A stretch of 62,733 bases of DNA, counting the filler, from Rhabdomonas costata (taxonomy: Eukaryota): NCBI GenBank assembly GCA_019059605.1. It is 36 parts of 36 records of this genome, joined end to end, with 100 filler letters (N's around TTAATTAATTAA, not from the genome) between each part and the next. Parts side by side here need not be neighbours in the genome. Positions count along the whole stretch, not along the records: positions 48,885 to 50,530 come from JAHMHO010011406.1; positions 50,631 to 52,274 come from JAHMHO010011407.1; positions 52,375 to 54,018 come from JAHMHO010011408.1; positions 54,119 to 55,760 come from JAHMHO010011409.1; positions 55,861 to 57,505 come from JAHMHO010011410.1; positions 57,606 to 59,247 come from JAHMHO010011411.1; positions 59,348 to 60,990 come from JAHMHO010011412.1; positions 61,091 to 62,733 come from JAHMHO010011413.1; 28 more parts are not named here. One strand, given 5' to 3'. This document shows, piece by piece, positions 50,505 through 62,199 of the stretch; position 1 is the first letter of the stretch; each line of letters starts with the position of its first letter. The notes below the pieces were generated by a model, which was not told the DNA's origin, ran no database searches, and saw nothing but the letters and a program-made list of their open reading frames with translations. The position numbers were made by a program, and so were the translations under genes.

Positions 50505-53222
50505 CAAACCCCACAAAACACACACACGGCNNNNNNNNNNNNNNNNNNNNNNNNNNNNNNNNNNNNNNNNNNNNTTAATTAATTAANNNNNNNNNNNNNN
50601 NNNNNNNNNNNNNNNNNNNNNNNNNNNNNNGTGGTTTTTTTTCGTCCGCTATTTGATTTTCCGAGCCGTTTTCCCTCCTCACGGCACTGCGTAACCAAAG
50701 TCCAGTGAATAGTAGGCCAGCATTACAAACAGCACACTAGAAGAGGAGGAAACTCGTGGGGCGTGCAAAACAGTCCATTTCGCACGCAATAATCAAAAAC
50801 AGCCGTTTTATCGGCGAAGAGGATGGCATCCTTTTGCGTGATAAGGTAAGTTACATCCCAAAACTCAGAATTTAGTATGTTGCGAGTTTCCGATTGAAGT
50901 CCTGGGAACGCTATAAATGCCGCTAGGCTGGTTTGAATGCACACGATTTGTTTCACACGTTTTCATGCTACTGAGGCTAAAAAAGCACGTGTTCTGAGTT
51001 TACGGTGAAACTTGCTATAGTTTATTAGGAGGGACAGGTACTAAAAAACACTGCCTGGGTGCTACACCTAAACCTGGGAGGGGATGGGAGGGGGGAGGGG
51101 GTTTAACCGTTACTATTCCGAACCTCTGGGACTTTCTCAGTGATCTCATTGTGTGGAACTCTAGTTTGAAGGAACTGTATGCAAAGCACAGCATGCGTTG
51201 TTTTTGGAATTTTTTTTGTGTAGGTGATCATCGCTACCGCTTACTTCTACCGCTACGCTGAACTGGGGACGGTGTAAGTCAGCTGCAATCAAAACTGCTG
51301 TGACGCGAGGAAATATATATGGTTTGGCCGCTATCTTTCTGGAAGTGTTTGCTTGCGGACCACTGTCCTTGCTCAGAACAGTTGTGTATGACAGTAGTAT
51401 CACCGTTTGCGATGGAAGACCACCGTACTAGTATCACCGTTTTTCTGGTTGGTTCACAGGTCGTCGGCTTACGCGAGAATTTGGTGGCAATGGTTTTTGT
51501 CTGCGATGCCCGGTCGATACAAGAGGGAATCAAAACAGAGGTTGAGCACATTCACAGATTCACAGCCTGTTTCTTCTATGCTGCAGATTGACCTTTTCGT
51601 GGTGTGTTTTTGCAGGTGAGCCCCACAGTCCGTAAACTTTTTTAACCACGGCGCACCACAGGATGCCGCGAAGGACCACCGAAAAAAACTTCTGTTCCAA
51701 ATGTCACGTACTAAAGTCTCATTTTCGGGGTGTTACTAGGCTTGCACTTTTTCGCTGACGGGATGTCATGGATGAGCAGACCGGGGTTAGCTTGGGAAGG
51801 CTCCAACTCTGCGGTCCAAAGCGCTTTGGTCGAAACGAAAAATTACGAGCGGCATTCCGTTGCGAGCAACTGGGCGCGAAGGAAAGGAAATCGGCACACA
51901 GAGACGCAACCATGAACAGAACGCGCAAACCCAGCCGAAACTCCAAGCAACCCAAGCGTGCCAAGGTTACGAAGAAGAGCACAAAATTCGCACTGGGCGA
52001 AACTACGGAGATAAATAAAAGCCCGTCCGGGTCGGGCGCACTTTGCCTTCATGTGAAAGGCCCCACTGCCCGCGCCGCGCGACCCAAGGACCCTGTGCCC
52101 CCCGGTTTGTTCCACACTTTTCCAACCCAATCTCGTGTTTCCTCCGTTTGCCTTCCTCAAAATTACGTCCCATACCCTGCCTTTGTTCGGCATGATGTCG
52201 TTATCGTTTCACGCGTGTCTCACTACAACGATATTGCGGCAACACTTACGTGGCTCCTACCTATGGAGGTGGTGNNNNNNNNNNNNNNNNNNNNNNNNNN
52301 NNNNNNNNNNNNNNNNNNTTAATTAATTAANNNNNNNNNNNNNNNNNNNNNNNNNNNNNNNNNNNNNNNNNNNNTTTTTTGTGTCCTTTGCATAGGTGAC
52401 GGGCTGGCCTTTATCCGAAGAGAAGGCTACGCCAGTCACCTATGCAAAGGGCACAAAAAAGAAAAGAAAAAGCATTCAAAATTCAAGCAGTTCCCAGAGG
52501 GCCAAGGTCAGACGCACAGTGAACAGGATGTTTCATGGATGCGGGACTTTTCGCGATATGGCCGTTTCCGACTCCAACTGCAGTCAACACATTTCACAAA
52601 TTCTCGCTTCACAAAAATTCCAGCAATCATTTGTATTTTTGTGGCCACCCTCCCTCCCTCCCCACGATTGCGAACCGGAAATGAGGTCACACCTACTGTG
52701 CTTCTGGGCAAAAGTGATGAGTAATGTTTTGACACAGTACCTTTTGTGGTGGGAAGGAAAACCCGGCGTTTTTAATCGCACATTGCCAAGCAGAGGAAAA
52801 ATTGGCGCTGGTGTATTTATGGCTCCTATCCCCTTCAAAGGCATTTGTGCCAAACCCGCCTAAACATTTATGCCCCCCGCCCCGTGGGTCCACCCTATTT
52901 CAGGTGTGAACTGGTCCAGTGGCGTCAGAACCTCCCTGATGACGCTGATCCTTTCATTGTGTTGTTGTGTTGTGTACGAGACGGTTTGTTCCAGTGACTA
53001 CTTCTTGACTTCCGCCTTTGTCTTGTGGCCCGTCATTTTTAGTTATGCCTTTCATTTATTGGACATTCATGTGCGGTTATAGCGGATAGTGGAGGGGCAT
53101 AAATGCACTTATACCGAAAAATTGCATTATCAAGCCAATTTTCACACTTCCTTGCATATTCCAGGAACGCCAAGAACAAAAGCAGCAAAGTAAGCGAAAA
53201 ACAGAATCTTGGCAAGGCAAAC

Positions 53223-53945
53223 CGGGTCTGTGTGACCTTTGTAGGTGACCAAGGGCGCCCATTTGAGGGTGTCAAATAGCACTGCTGTGGAGGGGGTACT
53301 ACCGCTAAGTAGTAGACCACCATCCGGGCTGAAGCGCACACTGCACAACGGGCCGCAGTCGCGGGTGATCTTCAACAGCTCCTCGCCTGTGCCCAGGCTT
53401 AGCACTCGTGCGGGGCCATGCAAGCCGTAAGCAACGGCGATGCGATCACCTGAGTTTTGTGCGTCAATAATATAAAAAGTAGTGGGTAGAAGGGAGTGGG
53501 CAGCATTAAACCGGGTGGCGAGGCACACAGCCCGGGCACCCACACGGAGAGGTCCACCACCGTTGGCGGAGCAGGAGGCGGTGGTGAGGGAGGGGAAAGG
53601 TGCCCAAATTACCGGACAACAGGCCGGGACCCTACGCCTGCCCCATACGTCGCCGGTCACAGAAAACGCGCGGAAAGAAACATGCGCCCTCGCGAGTGAT
53701 GCACAAAATTGGTAAGCCGAGCCCTAATAAGTCTGACTGAACGCTGGGAAGGAGCACAACATCGCCCACCCCACGGAGCTTTGTAAACAATGGAGCACAG
53801 GACACTGCTCCCTCATTTAAAAGCGGACACCTTTAAAAATCCAGTCTGAACCCCAAGACAGCGGGATAAGCATAAAGGAAGTGAAGCAGGAACAGCCTCC
53901 TCCGAAGCCCGAGTCACCAGTGGGTGAAATCGCGCAGTCATAGAT
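53223..53945 (-). CDS. WD40-repeat protein, 2 exons
   Basis: Exons 53945-53918 (28 nt) and 53449-53223 give IYDCAISPTG|DRIAVAY...PLCSVRFSPDGGLLLSGS...AVLFD......TYKGHTDP, which are WD40 motifs. Confidence 0.85.
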
Positions 53946-55373
53946 CTGGCCCACGCTGAAAAACACCCGAGGCCGAGTCCTCCTCTGCAGCTCCTCCCTC
54001 ACTAAAGCCAACACCCCCNNNNNNNNNNNNNNNNNNNNNNNNNNNNNNNNNNNNNNNNNNNNTTAATTAATTAANNNNNNNNNNNNNNNNNNNNNNNNNN
54101 NNNNNNNNNNNNNNNNNNGGGGGGTTGGGGGTGGCCTTCCGGAACCTCCGGTACGACGGGGAAGCCACTAGCGCGGAGAGCTTGCCCGCCATTTCCGTGG
54201 CAGCGGAAGCTGAGAGTGGAAAGCAGGGCCACCGGGGGTAGGCGTGGAAGGAGTGCACATACAGACAGAAGCAGCGTTTATCTGAGGCGTTGGGAGGTGT
54301 ACTGAAGTGGGCACTAAAATGTAAAAAGGTCCGAAGTGCCTGAGTGGAGAATTACGGGGGTCACATGCTCAGCTCCTCGTGAAGGCCCACTGATGAGGTC
54401 TCCGCAGCGCCACTGAATAAGTGGGTATTTGGCCCTTCGGTTTAGTCAGCCGCATTGGCTTAATCTCCAACAATTGAAGAAGGGAAATGTCTATGGCAAC
54501 ACCATAGGGTGAGAAATGCACCAACGATATCAACATTTGAATTTCAATCCTTGACAGCTCTGCGATCGAAAACAATCACTTATTTCACGGTTTTGCCGCA
54601 GAAAAAAATTTCAATGTAGCCTCCCCCCCTCCCCTCAAACCATTGTCCATGGACGAAGGAACGCTCAGATAGTGCCTCAGCAGCGCCCCCAAGGGGGGCT
54701 CCTCCTGCTCCACTCCGAGGATGGGCAGTGGGGGTGCCCTGCTGGGGTCGTTGGGCATGGCAGGGCTGCCCCCGTGTTCCTCCCCGGCCAGCAGCAGCTT
54801 TTCCAAAGCCTTGCCTGCTCCCCCATGGGGCCCTCATCAACGCCCCCATATAGTGGTCCGGCTGTGGGGGCAGGCCCCCCAGGAGGATGATCCCCTCCCC
54901 CAGGACAAAGGTTTGGGCCACCCGCGCAGACACACAATTGTAGCACAACCGCAGGGAAGGCACACTCAAACCGGCTCCACAACCAAAACAGCTCGGGTTG
55001 TGTGGCGACAAACCTGGTGGTGTGGAGACCCCAAAACAGGTAGGACCTAAGACATGTTTTTTTAAATAAAAAAAGCAATCAAATTAAATGCAATCACACA
55101 AGCTCAGGTTTACATGCAAATCAAATGGTCGTCAGGTGCAAAAACGAGCACCACCAAGTGCATGTGTATGTGAATGGTCTGCAATAGGGGAGGCTGACAT
55201 CCACGGTTACATGCCCAAACAGCAGCTCGGAACAAAGCAGACCACCAAAACACGCAGCACACAAAACAGGCAACCAAACACCCAATGCGCCCCTGTTTCC
55301 GCAGAAGCGGAGGCTCGAGGCTTAATGGCCGATTCATCAGTGTGCAGTTTCCAACCAACTTGTGCTTCCGCAG

Positions 55374-55620
55374 AGGCCCCTCTGCTGGAGATTCAGGTCA
55401 TCAATCTGGCGCCATGGGTCCCTCCCCGCGAACTGGATGACCAGCTGCCCTGCCCCCTGACCTGCCCAGGGCCTCCCAGTGGTGGGGTGGGCAGCAGTGC
55501 AGGTCTGTCCATCACGGCCGCAGTGCTCAGCAACTTCGCCCTGGGGAGTGTGCTGAACGTGCTGCAAGTCCTGAGCAACAGCGAGGGCGCCATCTCCGCA
55601 GGGGTGCCATACCACTTTAG
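55374..55620 (+). CDS. Exon of an unknown protein
   Basis: The segment is bounded by CAG and GT, is GC3-rich and reads APLLEIQVINLAPWVPPRELDDQLPCP...AISAGVPYHFR. Confidence 0.4.
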
Positions 55621-56996
55621 GTGCGCAGTCGGTGGTCATAAGGTTATGGAACCACTCATAAATATATAAGAGTTCCCCTTTTTTTTCCAATAGAACGCCG
55701 CATTCCTCACGTATGCTATGGAAACGCATGGAGCCCTAATGAGCAATGCAAACCAAACCCNNNNNNNNNNNNNNNNNNNNNNNNNNNNNNNNNNNNNNNN
55801 NNNNTTAATTAATTAANNNNNNNNNNNNNNNNNNNNNNNNNNNNNNNNNNNNNNNNNNNNGGTGGGGGGGGGTATCTGGTATTGAGGGGCCTCCTGACCG
55901 TAGCGTTGGGGTATCAAGGACTATCTTTGCTTCTTGGCAACTTGGTGTCTTTGTGTTCCCTGCGCTCATGGTCCCTCACTTCACTCGCAACCACTCGTTG
56001 ACTTTAGGTACGATTAGGTAGGGACACTTCTTCACTCTAGGGGCCCCAAGACGAATACACCGGCCAGCGAAGGAGCAGATCTCCAACAGGAAAGAATGAC
56101 CCCGGCCGAAAGCCCGACTTTCTGCAGACTACAACATGTTGGCCAGCAGCCAGCATCCGCGGTGCAGTGGCACGCTTGACAGCGATGCGGGTCTCTGTGT
56201 GAGTTACTTGCCAACTGGGTGGAACCCGTGAAATCGTCCAAATGTGGAATTTAACCCAGTTAATTCCCCTTTCCTGCCGAGTAGCTTCTCTAATGGCGTT
56301 CAGGGAGGTCGACCGAAATGATAACTTCAATAACTCTGAAAATAATATCCAAAGGAAGCCTACGCAGCAAAGACCAAACGCGTCCCCTCGCGAACTCCAC
56401 AACTCCGTGCGCCACCAACACGTTTAGCAGCAAAGGCTTCCTGCGGCTCCGGAGCCCCCAACAGCCCTGGCCTAAACAAGGATTACCTGTTGTTCCGCTT
56501 TTGGAGATTCTCCGGGAGAGATTTGGTGCCTTAGCCATTTCAGTCATCTGACCGGATCACTGAAGATCGAAGGTCAGCAAAGTTAACGTCCTGTCACAGT
56601 TTGAAGACGAAAGGGTTGCCAGTGGTTTGTCCGTCAGGGAAGGGACGGAAGATGCTCACACAGCAATTTTGAGATTCCACCTGCAAAGATGCGCCACCGC
56701 AAGGTGGACGTGGACGCCATGCCTCTTTAGACCCGAAACAAAAGTCAGGTGAGTTCCGTGAGCGAGTTACAAAAAAATCATTACCCAAACAGAACCTCGC
56801 TTGAGCGCCTGCCCAGCAGCCAACCACAGTCCACCGCAGATGGTCCCCAAAACAACGCTTATCGGGTTTTTTTGACGGCCCACCTCCGGGTGTGCTTGTC
56901 AGCCTTCCTTTTTCCTTTCACAGCTGAGCTTTGGTAGCGAAGTCGGGCCTTTCCCTTATTTCCACACATTCCGAACAGCCCTCACCCCACAAGAAA

Positions 56997-57145
56997 ATGC
57001 AGTGCGCCCCGTACGCCGCGCCCGCCCTGCCCCAGGGCCCCATCGTGAACAGCCGCTCCGTCGACCGCAAGGTACGTGCACCTTGCAACTATCCTCTCCT
57101 TTGGTCTCCTGTCTCCCTCTGACCTCATTCACACTCACGCACACA

Positions 57146-57183
<38 letters not shown>

Positions 57184-57341
57184 CTCATGCCCTCTTTGTC
57201 TGAAATTCTTTGGCCTTTGTTTTCTTACTCTGCTCAGCGACTTTGCTGTTGCGTCACCCGCCCACCTCTTGCCAATTTTCATCTTTTCTTGCTTGCAGGT
57301 CTTCAATGAGGTGGACTACGTGCCCGTGCAGCGGCAGCGCA
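56997..57341 (+). CDS. N-terminus of an unknown protein, possibly epiplasmin/articulin-like, 2 exons
   Basis: Exons 56997-57071 and 57299-57341 (GT-AG, in frame) give MQCAPYAAPALPQGPIVNSRSVDRK|VFNEVDYVPVQRQR with strongly biased codons. Confidence 0.5.
57146..57180 (+). repeat. (CT)n microsatellite in an intron
   Basis: Seen directly. Confidence 0.9.
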
Positions 57342-58061
57342 GTATGCTTTGGGTTCGCATACAGCGTTGGGTCGTTGAGTTGGGTAGGATTTTGCTCATT
57401 TCTGTCACCCAAGATGCACGCTCCTTGAACCCAGTTGTTGGTTGTTTGAACAGGGTCTGAAACGTACAAGATGCCCTCGTTATTGCAAAAGGAACTCCCA
57501 TATCCNNNNNNNNNNNNNNNNNNNNNNNNNNNNNNNNNNNNNNNNNNNNTTAATTAATTAANNNNNNNNNNNNNNNNNNNNNNNNNNNNNNNNNNNNNNN
57601 NNNNNTTTGGGTCTGCCTTCCTCAACTAAATATCGGTACGGGCGTTGTTTCGGCTTCGGCTTTGTCTCTCGTCGTGTTGTCTCGTCGTTATGAACTCTTG
57701 TTGTTCTGTGTTTTGGGGTCTTCCAGCAGCATCCATCTTCTTGTAGATCTCCTGACCTCCTCCACTCGTTTGGGGTCATTCCGGAAAAATGGGGAGGGAC
57801 CACTTACTTTGGCTTAATTCTTCACTATTCGGTGGGTGACTTCCCACATGGAACCAGACCGAAGGACCTGGCTTTGGATCCTTTTGAGTTGGGGTTATGA
57901 CCATTTATGGACCATTTCGATAGCTTCTGGGGCTATGGGGCTATAGGGCCTTGGTGGATAAATGTTCATTAGCACACCCGCAGCGCCCTAAATATGCCAA
58001 CAGCTGATTATGTGCTCATTTTTGATTATCCGTTTTTTTCGTGTTGCGACTACTCACAAAG

Positions 58062-58402
58062 GTCTCATTTTTAAAATCGACGACGATACCGTGGTGCAGC
58101 AAAGTATTGACCAGGCGACGGTTTACGCCAATGCTCAGAACCGGATCGACGACAGCACCTTGGAGCTGATGATCGGGCGGCCCTACCCCTCCACCTCTGC
58201 CGTGGGCTCCACAGTGCAGTTCGTGTCTGACCTGGAGCAGGTCGGCCGAAACTGCTCGGTGGACCTCAACTCCACACAGTGTGTGTTCAGTGGGGAGGGA
58301 GCTCGGGTGATGGCGATGGCACTGCGCGGGGGCACTGGGATTGACCACGGCTCGGACTATCTTGGACATCCCGTATACTCGGCGTACGCATACTCCAGTC
58401 AG
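58062..58402 (+). CDS. Cache-like extracellular sensor domain exon (receptor cyclase or kinase type)
   Basis: An AG..GT exon begins GLIFKIDDD and ends ALRGGTGIDHGSDYLGHPVYSAYAY. These match the dCache-type motifs AL.G..G.....DY.G..V..AY and G(L/I)V.KID, which suggests tandem Cache modules. Confidence 0.62.
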
Positions 58403-58850
58403 GTGTGGCGCTATCGCTCTCTCGGTTGGTGTTGGTGATGTGGCGGTTACCCCGATATCCGTAAATCATTCGCATTTTCTCGATACCTTATACGTTTGTT
58501 TGGGACACGTATCTCCCGATCTAAGTACCTGGCTCTGGCGCCTCCTCCAGCTTCTCTGCACTTCCTTTTTTGTCCAGCCTTTGTCGCGCGCACACGCATT
58601 TCACTGTTCGCTTCCCACCCCACCGCACCGTTTACTTCGGAGATTAACCTCTTGCGAGCTCCCGAGCGCCCTGCAGTCCGCAGCGGTCAGCAAACGTCAA
58701 TCAGAGTCAGATGAAATCTACCGCGCTATGTTTTCAACTGTATTGCGATTTACCCTCTCTTGATTTATTGAGTTGGTCCGTTGAGTTTGACACCCAGCCA
58801 GCGACCTTCCTCCAGGCCTCATCCGAATCCCCGGGCCTCTTGTAGTTTTT

Positions 58851-59192
58851 TTAGGGGGGAGAGGTGCCGTTAAACGTTTAGCACTGCTAAACGTGTAGCA
58901 TCGCTAAACGATACAAAATACAAAATTTTAAACCCCCCTCAAATCAAAATATGTATGCCTAGGGGTCGAAAAACGGTCGAAAAACAGTATACCTAACCCC
59001 ATTTTGCAAAAATATGTATTTAGTGGTATTTAGAGGTAAGTAAAGTATGTATTTACTGTATGTATTTAGAGGTAGTCGACGCAGTTTACCCAACCCCTGT
59101 GTCCTAAAAATAGCATCCCAGAAAATGTGTCTAATTCGGATAATTAGCACCGCTGAACGCTTAGCAGTGCTTAACGGAGCCTCGCCCACCCC
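58851..59192. mobile_element. MITE-like element with imperfect terminal inverted repeats and an AT-rich interior
   Basis: The left end reads GAGGTGCCGTTAAACGTTTAGCACTGCTAAACGTGTAGCATCGCTAA. The reverse complement of the right end reads GAGGCTCCGTTAAGCACTGCTAAGCGTTCAGCGGTGCTAA. A related motif occurs at about 5240-5292. Confidence 0.55.
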
Positions 59193-61090
59193 ATCCGTCC
59201 CAACTCATCCGCCCGCTCCGGCCGCGCCGCGGACTGACCTTCGCACTNNNNNNNNNNNNNNNNNNNNNNNNNNNNNNNNNNNNNNNNNNNNTTAATTAAT
59301 TAANNNNNNNNNNNNNNNNNNNNNNNNNNNNNNNNNNNNNNNNNNNNTTTTTGGTGCCCAGTGCCTTTTTCCTGTCCTTCTGTCCACCTGACGCTCTCGA
59401 AAAAGCCACCTGGAGGAGTTTTGCCTTACAACCCAGAGGCCTCACACACACACACACAGAGAGGCCAAATCGCCCGCCAATGCAAACGCTGAGTGCAACA
59501 CAGCTACAAAGTCACACGAGCCAGAAGATTGTACAGGACACGGAAAAATACTTTTAAAACATCTTCCGGCTGCTCCAACTCTTTTTCAACTCAATTCTAC
59601 CTTTTGATTGGGGTATTTATGGAAGGAACGAAGCAACGGTCATTATTTTCCGTCTTGACACCAATCCTTACACAGCGTTTTCATCGTTGAATTGCGCGGC
59701 AGAGAAAGCCTCTGGAAATTCAATTATAAAAGGTGTAATAGAAATTCTTTCGACAAAACCGCCACAAAAATTTGCGGGTTTGGGAGGACACATTGGGCGG
59801 AAAGCGGATAAGGAAGAGGAGAACCCTCCCAAGGCACTCACTTTTTCCTCCTGCTAGACTCCCTGTCCCCCGGAATGAATGGAGAGAGAGTGACAGGACA
59901 AAGCCGTGCGTTTGAGGATCTGCCCAATCAAAAAGGGATACTTTTAAAAGCCATAGGGTGAGAAACGTGCAAATCAATGGAGTACCAAAGGGAATTGCAG
60001 ATGAGTGTGAATCTCACAAAGGGAGTGAGTGACAGCTAGCCCTCAATGAGTGGACTAATACAAGGGTACTCGGACAAGACGAAGGGAAAACGAAAAATCA
60101 GAAGGAATTGTGAGAGCGCGATCCCAGCCCACACCATGAAGAAGTGCGGTCTGAGGGCACTCAAGGGGAGTCAGGTGCTCTTGTAAACCCTGAGGTCGGC
60201 CCGGAGTTTGGCACAGTATGCTTGAAAGTGCATTGGGGGTCTCCCAAACAAAGCGTCAAGGAATGGGGCTGTGAGCAGCGTGGTGTTGCGGAACACTCCT
60301 CGGAGTGGGGGTGGGGGCATTTTTTGGTTCAAGTAGAATCGGTGTTCCGTTTAGCTTGTTCCAGTGGCACATTTCTGTACTTTCTCATTCGAATGGTGCT
60401 TTTGGTGCTTTTGGTGCTTTTCGTTTGCCCTTTTCATCTTTGTTTGTCAACGGTTATTGAACTTTCCTTCTTCTTCTTTTCTGCTTTCATCTTGTGACGA
60501 AATGTTTGGAGTCCTGATGATACGGAAAGCCCTGGTGCTGTGGCAGCGATGCTACATCGAGTTGGAGGAGCTAGATGGCGTGGTGAAGATCGCGCATAGT
60601 CCCACTTCACGCAAAGGTCCTCTATGTGCGTTTCTAGGGACCCCACCCCATACATAAACTTTTCCTTTCTCTTCGTGGAAAAAGTCGTGAAGTTTGACCT
60701 TATCGTCTTTCAAAGCACAACAACAAGCCTGTCGACATTTTTGTAGCGTTGTGGTGAAGAAAGCCTCTTGCTTAATTGGTTTTGCCAGTCAATTTTGCCC
60801 GTACCACAGTCGGTGTCGGTGAGCACTCGCAGAACACAACACGCCTAACTCGTCTAGCCACCGGGCAAAACACACTAAATTCAGAAATCGGATACATCGC
60901 ATTATGCTTCGAGGCTTATCACCGTTGCCCCTCGCCGTTTTTATTGTATTGGCTCGCATGGTTTCGCACTTCGTTATTTTAACCCCCACANNNNNNNNNN
61001 NNNNNNNNNNNNNNNNNNNNNNNNNNNNNNNNNNTTAATTAATTAANNNNNNNNNNNNNNNNNNNNNNNNNNNNNNNNNNNNNNNNNNNN

Positions 61091-62199
61091 TGTGGTTGCT
61101 CAGTGACGACAGCAGAATGGCGCTGAGGTCAAAGGTGCTGAGGGATATCGTGGGTGTCACTGAGGTCTGCCGGTCCTTGGTGTACAGATGGCACCGCAGC
61201 GTGAGGTGAGGGATTCCTGTGCAAAAACACAGGAACGTTTCTTTTGCTACGCTACGCTGCAAGGACGGCGGAAAACGGCAAACAGCTGCTGTCACAAAGA
61301 ACAAAGCGCAACCTGTGACGGGCATGAAGAGGACGTAGGGCAGCAGCCCACACGGTGAAGCCTCTGGAGAGGCCGCGGGCGCGACAGATATCTCGGAGAC
61401 GGGGTTCACAAAGTCGGAGCAAAGCACGTCCAGCCCTGACAAAGTGCCCAGCTGGCAGGCATGCACAAGTCCCACCCTCCGGTTGTAGTCCGGGACTTGC
61501 CTAGTTCTCATAAAAGTCTGCTCCATGGTCTGAGTGAGGACGTTGATGTTGAGCCGGAGTGCTGAGTCGGAGAGATACTCCGCGGGAAGCTCCGACTCCT
61601 CTGGGTGCAGGAAATCGCTCCTGAGAACACACACCAAGAGTGTATTCAAGGTATTTTCACTGTAACGGATTTGGGGGACAGAGAGACTGCTGAGGTTGTA
61701 GGGCTGAGGTTGTACTGGTATCATGGGTGGATCGACTCCGATCGACAATAGTTATGAAGCCATGCGGCACAGGATTTAGGGCAACCATCAGAGGCGAACA
61801 CAGTGGTCAGATAAAACTCTCGCAACTTCTCTCATTTCAGATTTGGTGCCGGTGGTGAGCGGTCTGAAGAGGCTATGTGGATGATTCCGGAAGTTCACTG
61901 AATTTTTGTATGATGACATACGGCTTTGCGATGGCAAGGGCGAGCCGCAGCATCCACCGGTTGGCCTTCACCAGCAGCAGCAGCGAGGGCAGGAAGGACT
62001 CCAGCAGAGCAGAGGAGTTGGCGCGCACCTCGGACCCCGGGCGGCTCAGCAACCCAGAGGTGTGGATCATGTAAAGTGTGCTGTTCAGCGCGTCGTCCTG
62101 CCGCTCCATGATGGACGCCAAGAAGTTGGAGACGCTGCCATTCAGCGTGGCCCGCATTTGGGCGGATACATCCGGCGGTTCAAGGAGCGCAATAGAAGT
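61091..62199 (-). CDS. Unknown protein, about 3 exons
   Basis: AG-bounded GC3-rich segments at ~62199-61921 (TSIALLEPPDV...LALAIAKP), ~61621-61477 (SDFLHPEESEL...PDYNRR) and ~61216-61091 (IPHLTLRCHLYTK...PTISLSTFDLS). No family was recognised. Confidence 0.45.

Noticed and set aside
49955-50586. Poly-Q, poly-A and poly-C ORFs
   Set aside because: They are translations of the (CA)n(CAG)n microsatellite and show no exon context.
6984-58402. Euglenid non-conventional (non GT-AG, end-paired) introns
   Set aside because: Every intron that could be fixed by protein conservation had GT-AG ends, except one GC-AG. Non-conventional introns cannot be shown without cDNA.
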